From positions 5,324 to 69,323 of IMG/VR virus record IMGVR_UViG_3300004481_001312: a stretch of DNA of 64,000 bases. One strand, written 5' to 3'. Position numbers and translations under genes: made by a program. Source of the stretch: a virus (lineage: Duplodnaviria > Caudoviricetes). The notes below the pieces were generated by a model. That model had not been told where the DNA came from. It made no database searches and saw only the letters and a program-made list of their open reading frames with translations. Numbering within the stretch: the first letter of the stretch is position 1; each line of letters opens with the position of its first letter. Positions 63,448-64,000 of the stretch are shown piece by piece.

Positions 63448-63936
63448 GTGGTCATGACAACGCTAGTCGACCTAAGCGCGGCGCAGATCATCCGCGACCG
63501 ATCCGGGACGGTCACAATCAACGACCCCGGTTCGCCATTCCTCGTTCGAGCCCGGGTCGACACAACAACCGAGCCGGCCCGGATCGTAGAACTGACAGTT
63601 GTCGCCCGTCACCCATCTGGGCGTATCAGTTCCGCTTGCCTGGCCCGTCTTCCACTTGTCCAGATCAGACACGTGGTAGCCACCGGCGCGCATCCGAACG
63701 ACGTGCTATGGCACGCAGGGGCGACCCCGAAACCGGTCGGTGTCCGGTCATGGGACAGGAATCACTGGGACGAGGTCCTCGACGTTCATGACTGGGCGGT
63801 AGCCACCGGACGACCAGGGGGCGGCCCCCAGGCGGTAGCCGACATGTGGCACGTCGCCCGTAACCCAACCGTCTATCGCTGGTTGAAACGGGCCGTGGCC
63901 GTAACCGGCCGGCCGGGGGCGGCTCCCAGGCGGTAG
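63448..63936 (+). CDS. Hypothetical protein with a C-terminal HTH-like segment, antisense to the tail genes
   Basis: PQAVADMWHVARNPTVYRWLKRA. Confidence 0.55.
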   Translation: MVMTTLVDLSAAQIIRDRSGTVTINDPGSPFLVRARVDTTTEPARIVELTVVARHPSGRISSACLARLPLVQIRHVVATGAHPNDVLWHAGATPKPVGVRSWDRNHWDEVLDVHDWAVATGRPGGGPQAVADMWHVARNPTVYRWLKRAVAVTGRPGAAPRR

Positions 63937-64000
63937 TCGGCCGGCCGGGGGCGGCTCCCAGGCGGTAGTCGGCCGGCCGGGGGCGGCTCCCAGGCGGTAG
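63906..64000. repeat. 32-bp perfect tandem repeat running to the window end
   Basis: CGGCCGGCCGGGGGCGGCTCCCAGGCGGTAGT x2.97; degenerate copy near 63806-63838. Confidence 0.95.

Noticed and set aside
63906-64000. 32-bp repeats as a CRISPR array
   Set aside because: Units are head-to-tail with no spacers.
1-64000. Reverse transcriptase/DGR, anti-CRISPR, toxin-antitoxin or IS elements
   Set aside because: No YxDD-type RT, no TR/VR pair in tail genes, and no transposase or recognisable TA/Acr motif seen. Small unknown ORFs cannot be excluded as Acrs.

Overview
This window is a 64-kb segment of a high-GC tailed actinobacterial phage (long tape measure, so siphovirus-like), with no host housekeeping genes and no tRNA, rRNA or CRISPR array that I can support. 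Left to right: (1) the 3' part of a replication-initiator-like gene carrying iterons; (2) a minus-strand head operon (terminase large subunit, portal, MuF, maturation protease) translationally coupled to a block of six GT-A glycosyltransferases, two nucleotide-sugar SDR enzymes and a SAM methyltransferase; (3) QueE plus a degenerate QueD-like gene, small promoter/terminator-bounded accessory genes, a secreted tandem rubrerythrin, a ParB-MTase fusion, terminase small subunit and a GH25 endolysin; (4) an early region with RecT/Cas4-like recombination genes, Dam and a Cre-like recombinase lacking catalytic residues; (5) a plus-strand block like the conjugation module of Streptomyces plasmids/AICEs (GGDEF, Spd-like, TraA-like, TraB/FtsK) with a dense CGTACG array; (6) tail genes and tape measure. 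The major capsid and tail-tube genes are not in the window. The strongest leads are the phage-embedded conjugation module with its repeat array, the head-coupled glycosylation operon, a GGDEF enzyme with an altered guanine-contact residue, and a second intergenic copy of the replication origin. Annotations come from motif recognition by eye; no database searches were run. Counts and GC values are hand estimates.
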